From the human T2T-CHM13v2.0 reference genome, Homo sapiens, in NCBI RefSeq assembly GCF_009914755.1, contig NC_060930.1: a DNA stretch of 64,000 nt. One strand, written 5' to 3'. The notes beneath the pieces were generated by a model. It had not been told where the DNA came from, made no database searches, and worked only from the letters and a program-made list of their open reading frames with translations. The translations under genes and the position numbers were made by a program. Positions 27,019 through 39,246 of the stretch are shown one piece after another (position 1 is the stretch's first letter; each line of letters opens with the position of its first letter).

Positions 27019-28000
27019 GTAGCAAACTTCTGTACACAGCTAACTAGATAACTAACTATAATATAAACAAGAATCATGTAAGTTTTATATAGCATGTGAG
27101 TGTATAAAATGCAATAATTCATTTGACTAAGGAGCATCAGGTAAGCATTATGATGAGTTCATTTAAGTCTTGAAGGATGAGAAGAATTTCAATTGGCAGA
27201 AAATAAATAATAGGAAATCACAGCTAAGGGGCACAGGGTAGGTAGTGGGGACCTGTATTCTAGGCTGAGGCAAACACAGGGCCAAAGACTAAGTGACATA
27301 AAAACTTTTTACTGGTCTGATATGGCTACAGCACAGACATAAATATTGGAAAAGATAAACCACAATTGGAGGATAAATTACAGAAGACCTCACATGCCAC
27401 AAAGAAGTTTGTAGCTGATTCTGAAAGCAGTAAATGGAGAGCCATTGTGGGTATTTCAGAGAGGGATTAAGTAATCCAGCCTGTGCTTCAACTAAATTTA
27501 ACTGTCAGCAGTATGCGTAAGCCAAGGGCACAGGCAAGAAATGATACCTTAAATTAGGAAAGCCAAGGTGGAAAGAGGAAGATGAGAACTCATCAGAGAA
27601 AAATCAAGATGGTAAAATCAACAGGACCTGATTACTGAGTAGAGGGAAAAATCACATATGGCACTGAGATTTCCTGCCTATGTGATTAGAAAGACAATAT
27701 ATCATAAACTAAAATAAAATACACAGTGGAAGAGGTAGATATTGGGGAAGAAACAAAGGTCTTAGGCCTGTTATGTATAATGTAGGAGTGGTCATAAGGC
27801 TGGTATAATGTGAATAGAATTATATGGCTGGATAGAACAGATTGTGAACAGCCTTGGAAGCCTAATTAGGAGCATGGAATTGATGTGGTAGGAATTAAGG
27901 GGGTGGCTGATTATTATTGGGGAGAAAAATGACATGATGATAATGATGTTTTAGAAAGATCACATCACATGAATGGAATAGTTTAATAGTTTGGATAATA

Positions 28001-28002
<2 letters not shown>

Positions 28003-28033
<31 letters not shown>
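28003..28033. repeat. (AT)15 microsatellite in intron 33
   Basis: Direct reading. Confidence 0.95.
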
Positions 28034-28036
<3 letters not shown>

Positions 28037-28129
28037 ACCATTATCTATTGCTAATGTTAAGAATGTACTGATATTTATTACTGAACCTTTAGGTAATAAG
28101 CTAGTGTGTAGACAGACATGGTAACATAC

Positions 28130-28320
28130 CTCCAACTAATATAATATTCTCACTGATTCCACTATATTCACCAAACCCTAGATTATTTGCAGCTACTACT
28201 CTGAACTGAAATATTCCTTTCAGGTTTTTGGACTTCCATGTGCAAACACTACTGCAGGATCCATTAAATGTCATCTTCCACCTTAAATTCTGGTTCTGTA
28301 AATTATTTGAAGTGCTCTTT
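28130..28320 (-). CDS. ROS1: ROS1 exon 33 (191 nt; KSTSNNLQ...IILVG)
   Basis: gcag|AAAGAG...GGAG|gtatgt; ORF 28101..28427. Confidence 0.96.
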
Positions 28321-29579
28321 CTGCAAAAAATAATAAATACAGAAAATATACATGACAATATACCTGTTATTTCTAGTTGTTCATAGATCTTCTTAGTGAC
28401 TGAACGCCAGAGAGTGTCCTTTGGCACAATTTACCCTTGACCTCATTCCTCTCCCATAATCTGGCAACACAGATGCTAACAGCATGGTTTTATAGTGATC
28501 CTAGTGAGGCATGGAGCCAATTAACTCAGCCCACCAAGAAAACTGTGAGTAATCAGTGGTGAAGAGAGAGCTGAGTACCTTTTTCCTATACTAACAGCAT
28601 GGGTAAACTTTCTCCAGAATTCCAAACCTATAAGACAATTATTCCATGATTTTTAACTGGGAAGTTTCCATTTTCTCAATTTTCAGTCTTTTACATTATT
28701 TGTAGTTTACTTATGCCATATTTCAATAAAATACAGAATACAAAATTGATAAGGAAAGTGTGACAGTTCAGCTACCAAAGTTATCATTATATCTGAGATT
28801 CTGAGGTTCGTTGCTTCCTTTTGTATTGACCTACATTCCACCTCAAAGTCAATCCAATTGTTTTTCATTTGAAACATGGAAGGAGCACAAGGGCTGGGTT
28901 CAAAAGACATAACTGGAATGACTTTTTACAGAATCATCAAAGGCAAGCTCAAGGTCTTCCATTATGTCTTCTCTAACAATGAAGAATATTTCAGGTCTGA
29001 AACTTTTCAGACCGCAATAGTTTTAGGACTTGGTGCCAATCCACGGTAAGCTTAGGGATATGTGGGAGAATCTGGTTCTATTTCTGCTAATTGACTCATC
29101 CTTCTGAAGACCAACAGAGAGTGAAGGCTGGCCCTCATAAGAGGCAGGGAAAGGGTAAGAACATCGGGAGCAGCAGGGCAGCAGAGTTGGTCACAGCTGT
29201 TCCCCGGAGCTGAGGGTCCCTTTAAGGACCATCCTGAGCAAAGCATTAGGACAGAGTGTTTTTACACATTTTGTGACGTCTCACCTTTAGCATTGGCCAT
29301 TTCACTGTTTAACCAAACAACTCTGATCCAAAAGAAAGAGGCCCTTGAGAATTTGTGAAGTGGCTCTACACAATGGCCATTGAGAAAAGAAAGAAGAATT
29401 CTGATGTTGGTTGAGCACCTTCTATTTACAACATACTGTACTGGGGCTTTACATAACGTTGTTTTAATTCACTGAGTCCACAACAGCTTAAAGAGATAAG
29501 ATAGATATTATCATCTCCATTTTACAGATGAGGAAACTTAAGTTCAAAAAAGGAAAAGAACAAGCATTTAAACATGGTT

Positions 29580-30012
29580 TGTGTACTGGATTGAGTCATG
29601 TCCTCCCAAAATTCATACCCACTCAGAATATTTTAATGTGACCTTGTTTAGAAATAAGATCTTGACAAATGTAATCAAGTTAAGATGAGGTCATAGTAGT
29701 TTAGGGTGGACCCTAATCCAATGACTGGCACTTGCATAAGAAGAGGGAAATTTGGACACAGAGAACACCTTGTGATGCAGGAGGTGATGATGACAGTGAT
29801 GCACCTACGAGCCAAGGAATACCAAGGACTGCCAGTAAACGCCAGAAGCTAAGAGGCAAAGATGGATTCTGCCCTAGAACCATCAGAACAAGCAGTCCCG
29901 CTGATACGTTGGTTTTAGACTTCTAACCTCTAGAGCTGTAAGAATAAATGTCTACTGTTTCAAGCCACCCAGTTGGTGGTCCTTTATTGTGGCAACCCTT
30001 GGAAACTAATAA
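29580..30012 (+). mobile_element. MLT1B/C-type MaLR solo LTR
   Basis: AATGTGACCTTgTTTaGAAATA...GTTAAGATGAGGTCATA...AGAATAAAT...GGAAACTAATA. Confidence 0.8.
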
Positions 30013-31234
30013 GGCTTGTTCAACTCCCAAGTTCATGCACTTTGCACTTCCACTACCCCATCAGTGAGTACACAGAGTCTAACTAGAGTGTCCTGACTGA
30101 AGGACTTATTTTGAGACACTGAAGTTACAACAATCATTCAGTCATCCTATAGTCTATGTCCTGACAGTGGAGACCTGGAGCAAGGAGTATGCAAAGTATT
30201 TAGATGGAGTCATTTTAGTAGCACTTAAGGTGTTACTCAGGGTAACACACAAAAGAGGTCCTAGCAAAAACCTGATGTGTGACCTGATTGATGAACATCA
30301 TTACAGTCACAAACCACCAAGACAGTTCTGCAGGTTAGAATGTATTTCACTCTGCATGAAAAGCAGCAACAGAAACTTCAAGGAGGTTTCAATTAGAAAT
30401 AAGGGCCAAGGGAATTCTCTAGTATGAACAGGAACATTTTTTAAGGTTATGGGAATGCCAGAGCCAGATGAAGCAAAAATAGATCTAAAGATCAAGTTGC
30501 CAGGACTATAATTATGGAAGTGACTTTTGTCCTTGGAACTTCTTAAAAGATGGTTTCATAGTCCTGTGAGAGGAGTGTCTTTGGAATTTGGAATTCTCCC
30601 CTCAAGTTGGCATGAAATCAGTCCTTCTAAGCCAGTTATGGTTCACGTGCTCCCCGTACTGGCCAGGTCTGAGGCTGTTCATCAGTGGCTGGTTTTCATC
30701 GACGGTGTGTTTTCAGTCCCTGGGAACACACTGCAAACTGTAATCTTCCCAATGAATACAGAATCCTGTGTGACCTCTACACTTCAGACCATTTCAGAAC
30801 CTGACCTAATTTTACAGTATGAGAAATATCTACTTCATCACCATTTCTCACTAGAGAGTATTCACCTTGCTAATGCAAATTATCATCAGGAATTTACATG
30901 CCATCATTATTTAACATTAAACATCAGCTAAGCTTTTTAAACAAAACTGATATTAAGTTAATACTGGTTGCATGAGCCTATGATCAAACAATTTCCATAA
31001 AGTGTCAATGAGCAGTTAGAGATTTCTGAGAATGACGTGATCTGTTTATAATTAGCATGCCAAGACCAACGTCTAGGAATTGAGCAAAGAACGTAATGAT
31101 GCATGTGAGTCCTTTAACTAAAGATCTTTGTGTTTGTATATAAATACATTTGCATAAATAGTGTTACTTTTGATTACTTTATAATTATCTTCTTAGTTCT
31201 TTGTCATTTACAAGTACTTTGCAAACACACATAC

Positions 31235-31352
31235 CTTATCTCAAGGATATAGTATGTAATTCTACATCCATTATCTTCAGCTTTCTCCCACTGTATTGAA
31301 TTTTTACTCCCTTCTAGTAATTTGGGAATGCCTGGTTTATTTGGGACTCCAG
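31235..31352 (-). CDS. ROS1: ROS1 exon 32 (118 nt; AGVPNKPG...ILEIR)
   Basis: taaag|CTGGAG...ATAAG|gtatgt; common fusion acceptor exon. Confidence 0.96.
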
Positions 31353-31466
31353 CTTTAGGGAAAAAAAGAAAATATTGGTTGATATGTTTGAAGTATTAAT
31401 CTTCTGCACTGAAATCTTTCTACAGAATATATTAAGAGGAAAGACAACATTAAAGAAATATTCAGA

Positions 31467-34400
31467 GGCGGGGCCAAGATGGCCGACTAGAAGCAACTCC
31501 GTTCAGAGGTTCCTATTGAAAAAAACCATAATAAGTGTGTGAATCCTTCACCGGCAAGGTATCTAGATTCGCTCATCAAAATTGACTAGAAGGCTGGCGT
31601 GACCCACAGAGAGAAGGAAGAGCAGTGAGCCCACCTGAGAACCACACGGGGAAGGGGAACCCCCTCCCCTCCAGCCAAGGGGAGCGGCGAGCGAGCAGGC
31701 TACCCAGCCGGGGAAATTGCTTTTCCAAAGAACTGTGCAACTCATGGATTGGAAGATCCCACTCTCGATCCCATGCCACCGAGGCCTAGCATCCCAACCC
31801 TAGAATGTACAGATTCTTATGGCCTCTCAGCTGGAATCTGCCTAAGCTTACTGAACTCCCTGGGGGAGGGGTGACCAGCACAGGCTTCTGCTGCCTGCTG
31901 TCTAAGCCCTTTGAGCTCCTTGAGGGAGGGGCAGCAGCCAGCACTGGGACTCCCAACTGCCTAACACGCTAATCTCCCTGGGCGGCGGGGAGAAATGCAG
32001 CATCCATTTCTATAGCTCCAGGCTGTGCTTTTCCCCTGCGGGAGCCAGCGAGGCTGGACAGCTTGGTCCCAAGACTTGTCGCCACAGCCCAACACACCAG
32101 CTGTGGTAGTCAGCGGCCAGAGTGCCTCTTCAGGTCTAACCCTCACCCATCCTTCCTCAGTGGGTGGGGCTTCCCTGCAGAATCTTCAGTAACTGCAGCC
32201 AGAGGCTCAGGGACAGAATTCAGATCTCCCTGGGCCTGAGCCCCTAGGGGGAGGGGTGGCTGCAGTCTCTGCGGACCAACAGACTTAGCCTCTCCTCCTG
32301 GTAGTTCTGAGGAATCTGGGAAGCCCAGACAAGTGGGCTTTCCCACAGCAAAACACACCCTCTCCACCAGGGGACAAAGTGCTTCGTTAAATGGGTCCTC
32401 CTCCTGGTGCCACCCAACTGGGTGAGACCCTCCAACAGGGATTGTCAGGACACCCTATACAGGAGCGATCCTACTGGCATCAGGTTGGTGCCCCTTGAAG
32501 TCAGAGGTCCCAGAAGAAGGAGCAGACACCCATTTTTGCTGCTCTCCAGCCTCCTTGAGTTACATATCCAGGCGTGGGAGCAAATCAGATGAATAAGGCC
32601 TAAAGTGAACCCCAGCAAACTGCAGCAGCCCTACAGAAGAGGGAAGTGACTATTGAAAGAAAAACAAACAAGCAGAAAGTGACAACAACAGCATCATCAT
32701 CAACAACAACAACAAGGGCCCCCACAAAAAACCCATACAAGGGTCAGCAGCCTCAAAGACCACAACTAGACAAACTCACGAAGGTGAGAAAGAACCAATG
32801 AAAAAAATGCTGAAAACCCAAAAGGCCAGAGTGCCTCTTCTCCTCTAAATGATCACAATGTCTCCATTAAGGGTGCAGAACTGGGCGGAGGATCAGATGG
32901 ATGAACTGACAGAAGTAGGCTTCACAAGACGGGTAGAAAAAACTATGATGAGCTAAAGGAGTATGTTCTAACCCAATGCGAAGAAGCTAAGAACCTTGAT
33001 AAAAAGTTGGAGGAATTGCTAACTAGAATAATCAGTTTAGAGAGGAACACAAATGGCCTGATGGGGCTGAAAAACACAGCACAAGAACTTCGTGAAGCAT
33101 ACACAAGTGTCAACAGCTGAATCGACCAAGTGGAAGAGAAGATATCAGAGTTTGAAGACTACCTTATTGAAATAAGACATGCTGACAAGAAGAGAGAAAA
33201 AAGAATGAAAAGGAATGAATAAAGCCTCCAAGAAATATGAGACTTCATAAAAAGACTGAACCTATGATAGCTTGGAGTACCAGGAGGAGATGGGGAAAAT
33301 GGAAACACGTGGGAAAACACCCTTCGGGATATTATCCAGGAGAACTTCCCCAACCTAGCAAGACAGGCCAACATGCAAATTCGGCAAACACAGAGAACAC
33401 CATTAAGATACTCCACGAGAAGATCAACCCCAAGACACATAATCATCAGATTCTCCAAGGTTGAAATCAAGTAAAAACTGTTAAGGGCAGCCAGAGAGAA
33501 AGGCCAGGTTACCTACAAAGGGACGCCCATCAGACTAACAGTGGACCTCTCAACATAAACCCTACAAACCAGAAGAGATTGGGGGCCAACATCAACATTC
33601 TTAAAGAAAAGAATTTTCAACCCAGAATTTCATATCCAGCCAAACTAAGCTTCATAAGTGAAGGAGAAATAAAATCCTTTCCAGACAAGCAAATGCTGAG
33701 GGATTTTGTTACCACCAGGCCTGCCCTGCAACAGCTCCTGAAATAAGCACTAAATATGGAAAGGAAAAACTGGTACCAGCCATTGCAAAAACACACCAAA
33801 CTATAAAGATCAATGACACTATGAAGAAACTGCATCAACTAGCATGCAAAATAACCAAATAGCATCATGGTGACAGGATCAAACTCACATAACAATACCT
33901 ACCTTAAATGTAAAGGGGCTAAATGCCCCAATTAAAAGATACAGACTGGCAAATTGGATAAGGAGTCAAGACCCATTGGTGTGTTGTATTCAGGAGATCT
34001 ATCTTACATGCAAAGACACACACAGGCTCAAAATAAAGGGATTGAGGAAAATTTACCAAGCATATGGAAAGCAAAAAAAAAAAAAAGGAGGGTTGCAATC
34101 CTAGTCTCTGACAAAACAGACTTTAAACCAACAAAGATCAAAATAGACAAAGAAGGGCATTATATAATGGTAAAGGGAACAATTCAACAAGAAGAGTTAA
34201 CTATTCTGAATATATATGCACCCAATACAAGAGCACCCAGACTCACAAAGTAAGTTCTTAGAGACCTACAAAGAGACTTAGACTGCCACGCAATAGTAGT
34301 GGGAAACTTCAACACCCCACTGCCAGTATTAGACAGATCAACAAGACAGAAAATTAACAAGGATATTCAGGACTTGAACTTAGCTCTGGATCAAGTGGAC

Positions 34401-37400
34401 CTAGTAGATGTCTACAGAACTTTCTAGCCCAAATCAACAGAATATACATTCTTCTGAGTGCCACATGGTACTTATTCTAAAATCTACCACATAATTGGAA
34501 GTAAAACACTCCTCAGCAAATGCAAAAGAGCTGAAATCATAACAAACAGTCTCTCAGACCACAGAGCAATCAAATTAGAACCCAGGATTAAGAAACTCAC
34601 TCAAAACCACACAATTTCCTGGAAATTGAACAACTTGCTCCTAAATGGCTCCTGGGTAAATAATGAAATTAAGGCAGAAATAAATAAGTTCTTTGAAACA
34701 AATGAGAACAGAGACAATGTACCAGAATCTCTGGGACACAACTAAAGCAGTGTTAAGAGGAAAATTCATAGCACTAAATGCCCACATTAGAAAGCCAGAA
34801 AGATCTCAAATCGTCACCCTAACATCACAATTAAAAGAGCTAGAGAGGCAAGAGCAAACTAATCCAAAAGCTGGCAGAAGACAAGAAATAACTAAGATCA
34901 GAGAAGAACTGAAGGAGACAAAGACACAAAAAGCCCTCCAAAAAAAATCAACACATCCAGGAGCCGTTTTTTTTAAAAAATAAAATAAATAACAAAATAT
35001 ACCACTAGCTAGAGAAATAAAGAAGGAGACAGAGAAGAATCAAATAGACACAAAAAAAATGATAAAGGGGATATCACCACTGACCCCACAGAAATACAAA
35101 ATACCACCAGATAATACTATAAACTCTTCTATGCAAATAAACTAGAAAATCTAGAAGAAATGGATACATTCCTGGATGCATACACCAAGACTAAACCAGG
35201 AAGAAGTTGAATCCCTGACTAGACCAGTAGCAAGCTCTGGAATGGAGGCAGTAATTAATAGACTACCAACCAAAAAAAGCCCAGGACCAGATGGATTCAC
35301 AGCTGAATTCTACCAGAAATACGAAGAGGAGCTGGTACCATTCCTTCTGAAACTGTTCCAAACAATGGAAAAGGAGGAATTCCTTCCTAACTCATTTTAT
35401 GAAGCCAGCATCATCCTGATACCAAAACTGGGAAGAGACACAACAACAAACTTCGGGCCAATATACCTGATGAACATTGATGTAAAAATCCTCAATAAAA
35501 TACTGGCAAACTGAATCCAGCAGCACATCAAAAAACATATCCACCACGAACAAGTCGGCTTCATCCCTGGGATGCAAGGCTGATTCAACATATGCAAATC
35601 AATAAATGTAATCCATCACATAAACAGAACCAAAGACAAAAATCACACGATTATCTGAATAGATGCAGAAAAGGCCTTTGATAAAATTCAACATCAACAT
35701 CCCTTTATGTTAAAAACTCTCAATAAACTAGGTTTTTATGGAGCATATCTCTAAATAATAAGAACTATTTATGACAAACCTACAGCCAATATCATATTGA
35801 ATGAGCAAAACCTGGAAGAATTCCCTTTGAAAACCAGTACAAGACAAGGGTGTCCACTCTCACCACTCCTATTCAACATAGTATTGGAAGTTCTGGTCAG
35901 GGCAATCAGGCAAGAGGAAGAAATAAAGGGTATTCAAATAGGAAGAGAGGAAGTCAAGTTGTCTCTGTTTGCAGATGACATGATTTTGTATTTAGAAAAC
36001 CCCATCATCTCAGCCCAAAAACTTCTTGAACTGATAAGCAACTTCAGCAAAGTCTCAAGATAAAAAATCAATGTGCAAAAATCACAAGCATTCCTTTACA
36101 CCAACAATAGGCAAGCAGAGAGCCAAATCATGAATGAACTCCCATTCACAATAGCTACAAAGAGAATAAAATACCTACGAATACAGCTAACAAGGGATGT
36201 GAAGGACCTCTTCAAGGAAAACTACAAACCATTGCTCAAGGAAATAAGAAAGGACACAAATAAATGGAAAAACATTCCATCCCCATGGACAGGAATAATG
36301 AGTATCATGAAAATGGCCATTCTGCCCAGAGTAATTTATAGATTCAATGCTATTCTCATCTAACTACCGCTGACATTCTTCATAGAATTAGAAAAAGTTA
36401 TTTTAAATTTCACATAGAATCAAAGAAGACCCCATGTAGCCAAGACAATCCTAAGCAAAAAGAACAAACTTGGAGGCATCATGCTACCTGACTTCAAACT
36501 ATATTACAAAGCTACAGTAACACAGCATGGTACTGGTACCAAAACAAATATATAGACCAATGGAGCAGAACAGAGACCTCAGAAATTACACCACACATCT
36601 ACAACCATTTGATCTTTGACAAACCTAACAAAAACAAGCAATGAGGAAAGGATCTCCTATTTAGTAAATGGTGCTGGGAAAACTGGCTAGCCATATGCAG
36701 AAAACTGAAACTAGGCCCATTCCTTAACCTTATACAAAATTTAACTCAAGATGGATTAAACATTTAAATGTAAAAACCAAAACCATAAAAACCCTAGAAG
36801 AAAACCTAGGCAATACCATTCAGGACATAGGCATGGGCAAAGACTTCATGACTAAAACACCAAAAGCAATGGCAACAAAAGCCAAAATAGACAAATGGGA
36901 TCTAACTAAACTAAAGAGCTTCTGTACAGCAAAAGAAACTATCATCAGAGTGAACAGACAACCTACAGAATGGGAGAAAAATTTTGCAATCTATCCATCT
37001 GACAAAGGGCTAATATCCAGAATGTACAAGGAACTTAAACATATTTACAAGAAAAAGACAGACAACCCCATCAAAAAGTGGACAAAAGATATGAACAGAC
37101 ACTTCTCAAAAAGGGATTTATGCAGCCAATAAACGTATGAAAAAAGCTCAACATCACTGATCATCAGAGGAGTACAAATCAAAACTACAATGAGATACCA
37201 TCTCACGCGAGTCAGAATGGCAACTATTAAAAAGTCAGGAAACAATAGATGCTGATGAGGGTGTGGAGAAATAGGAATACTTTTACACTGTTGGTGGGAA
37301 AGTAAATTATTTCAACCATTGTGGAAGACAGTATGGCGATTCCTCAAGGATCTAGAACCAGAAATAACATTTGACCCAGTAATCTCATTATTGAGTACAT

Positions 37401-37877
37401 ACCCAAAGGAGTATAAATCACTCTACTATAAAGACACATGCACATGTATGTTTACTGCAGCACTGTTTACAATAACAAAGACATGGAACCAAGCCAATCC
37501 ATCAATGACAAACCAGATAAAGAAAATGTGGTACATATACACCATGGAATACTATGCAGCCATAAGAAGGAATGAGATCATGTCCTTTGCAGGGACATGG
37601 ATGAAGCTGGAAGTCATCATCCTCAGCAACCTAACACAGGAACAGAGAACAAAACAGCACGTGTTCTCACTCATAAGTGGGAGTTGAACATTGAGAACAC
37701 ATGGATACAGAGAGGGGAACAGCACACACCAGGGCCTGTTGAGGGATAGGAGCTGAGGGGAGGGAACTTAGAGGACAGGTCAATAGGTGCAGCAAACCAC
37801 CATGGCACATGTATACCTATGTAACAACCCTGCACGTTCTGCACATGTATCTTATTTTTTAAGAAGAAATTTTAAAA
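31467..37877 (+). mobile_element. Full-length inactive L1PA (L1PA8A/L1PA8-L1PA10 age class), antisense to ROS1 in intron 31
   Basis: 5' GGGGCCAAGATGGCCG with YY1 site; disrupted ORF1; ORF2 from about 33867 with EN/RT fragments ([10 protein letters not shown]) broken by stops and frameshifts; 3'UTR; 15-bp TSD AAAGAAATATTCAGA at 31452-31466 and 37878-37892. Confidence 0.96.
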
Positions 37878-38064
37878 AAAGAAATATTCAGAAATATTCT
37901 TATATGATTACATATTTTTAAATGAGCATTTGAAGTTTTTATTAGTGATGGATTTGATGAATTGGTGATAAGATTAACAATATATCTCAACTTGAAACAA
38001 AATAAGTGATAAATGAAAATAAAGAAAACTATCATAAGTTTTGGAGCATTTTCCCTCCATTCTT

Positions 38065-38643
38065 TTTTTCAAATTTTTTTATTTTTAGTTCTGGGGTACA
38101 TGTGCAGGACGTGAAGGTTTGTTACATGGGTAAACATGTCCCATGGTGGTTTACTACACCTAGCAAACCATCACCTAGGTATTAAGCCCAGCATGCATTA
38201 GCTATTTTTCCTAATACTCTCTATCCCCCCACCCCTCCCCCTGACAGGCCCCAGTGTGTGTTGTTCCCCTCCTTGTGTCCATGCGTTCTCATTGTTCAGC
38301 TCCCACTTGTAAGTGAGAACACGCAGTGTTTGGTTTTCTGTTCCTGAATTAGTTTGCTGAGGTTAATAGCTTCCAGCTTCATCCATATCCCTGCAAAAAA
38401 ACATTATCTCATTCCTTTTTATGGCTGCATAGTATGCCATGGTGTATATGTACCACATTTGCTTCAACCAGTCTAATGTTGACGGGCATTTGGGTTGATT
38501 CCAAATGATTCATTATTGTGAATAGTGCTACAGTGAACATACGTGTGCATGTATCTTTGTAATAGAATGATTTATATTCCTTTGGGTATGTAACTAGTAA
38601 TGTAATTTCTAGGTCAAATGGTATTTTTGGTTCTAGATCTTTG
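38065..38643 (-). mobile_element. 5'-truncated L1PA 3' end in intron 31
   Basis: L1PA 3'UTR and ORF2 end on minus strand; TSD TTCC(C/T)TCCATTCTT at 38051-38064 and 38644-38657. Confidence 0.92.
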
Positions 38644-39077
38644 TTCCTTCCATTCTTATAGAGCTCATCTCAGAGTTAAGGTATATCTTTCAGAACACTA
38701 GTTAATTTTTAATGAACTTCTTATATTTTTCATCCTAGTATCTCAAATATAGTAGCCAATAAATATTTTTTGAACATTCAGTAACACTATTTTCATATAG
38801 TTATCACCATAAAATTGTCATAGCTAGACATGAAATAAGGATACTGAAAGAAGAAGTAATTTTGCCCAGTTCAGGATCCAGCCAGACCCAGCCAGTATTA
38901 TTTCATTACTGCCTGCAAGGTCTCCTATATTTTCTCAATTTCTTCATTCAAGTTCTAGAAATAATAATGTACTGCTTTTAAAGAACAATTTCATATATCT
39001 CTAGGATTAGTGAAATAAGTGATAAGAAAAAAACTGAAACACAGAGTTTTCTGAGTATTGAGTATGTTAGTACTCAC

Positions 39078-39246
39078 CTTTTGTCTTAAAGCTTTCTGGA
39101 AGTGAGGTGCTATTTTCTCCCGTCTTATAAACCACCACTACTCTGACATTATATGAAGTATAAGGTTGTAGATTTGTGATATTACAGACATAAGCAGGAC
39201 CTTGGCTGCATGAAGTTTTAACATGGTAAAACTCATTGTATTTCCA
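39078..39246 (-). CDS. ROS1: ROS1 exon 31 (169 nt; WKYNEFYH...SFKTK)
   Basis: ctag|TGGAAA...AAAG|gtgagt; LQPYTSY FN3 motif. Confidence 0.96.

Noticed and set aside
32750-37690. Possible retrotransposition-competent L1
   Set aside because: ORF1 and ORF2 are broken into many short ORFs by stops and frameshifts.
23306-39077. A fusion junction or foreign insertion in introns 31-34
   Set aside because: Exons 31-35 are present in order and in frame, and the inserts I can recognise are ordinary repeats, the L1s with TSDs.
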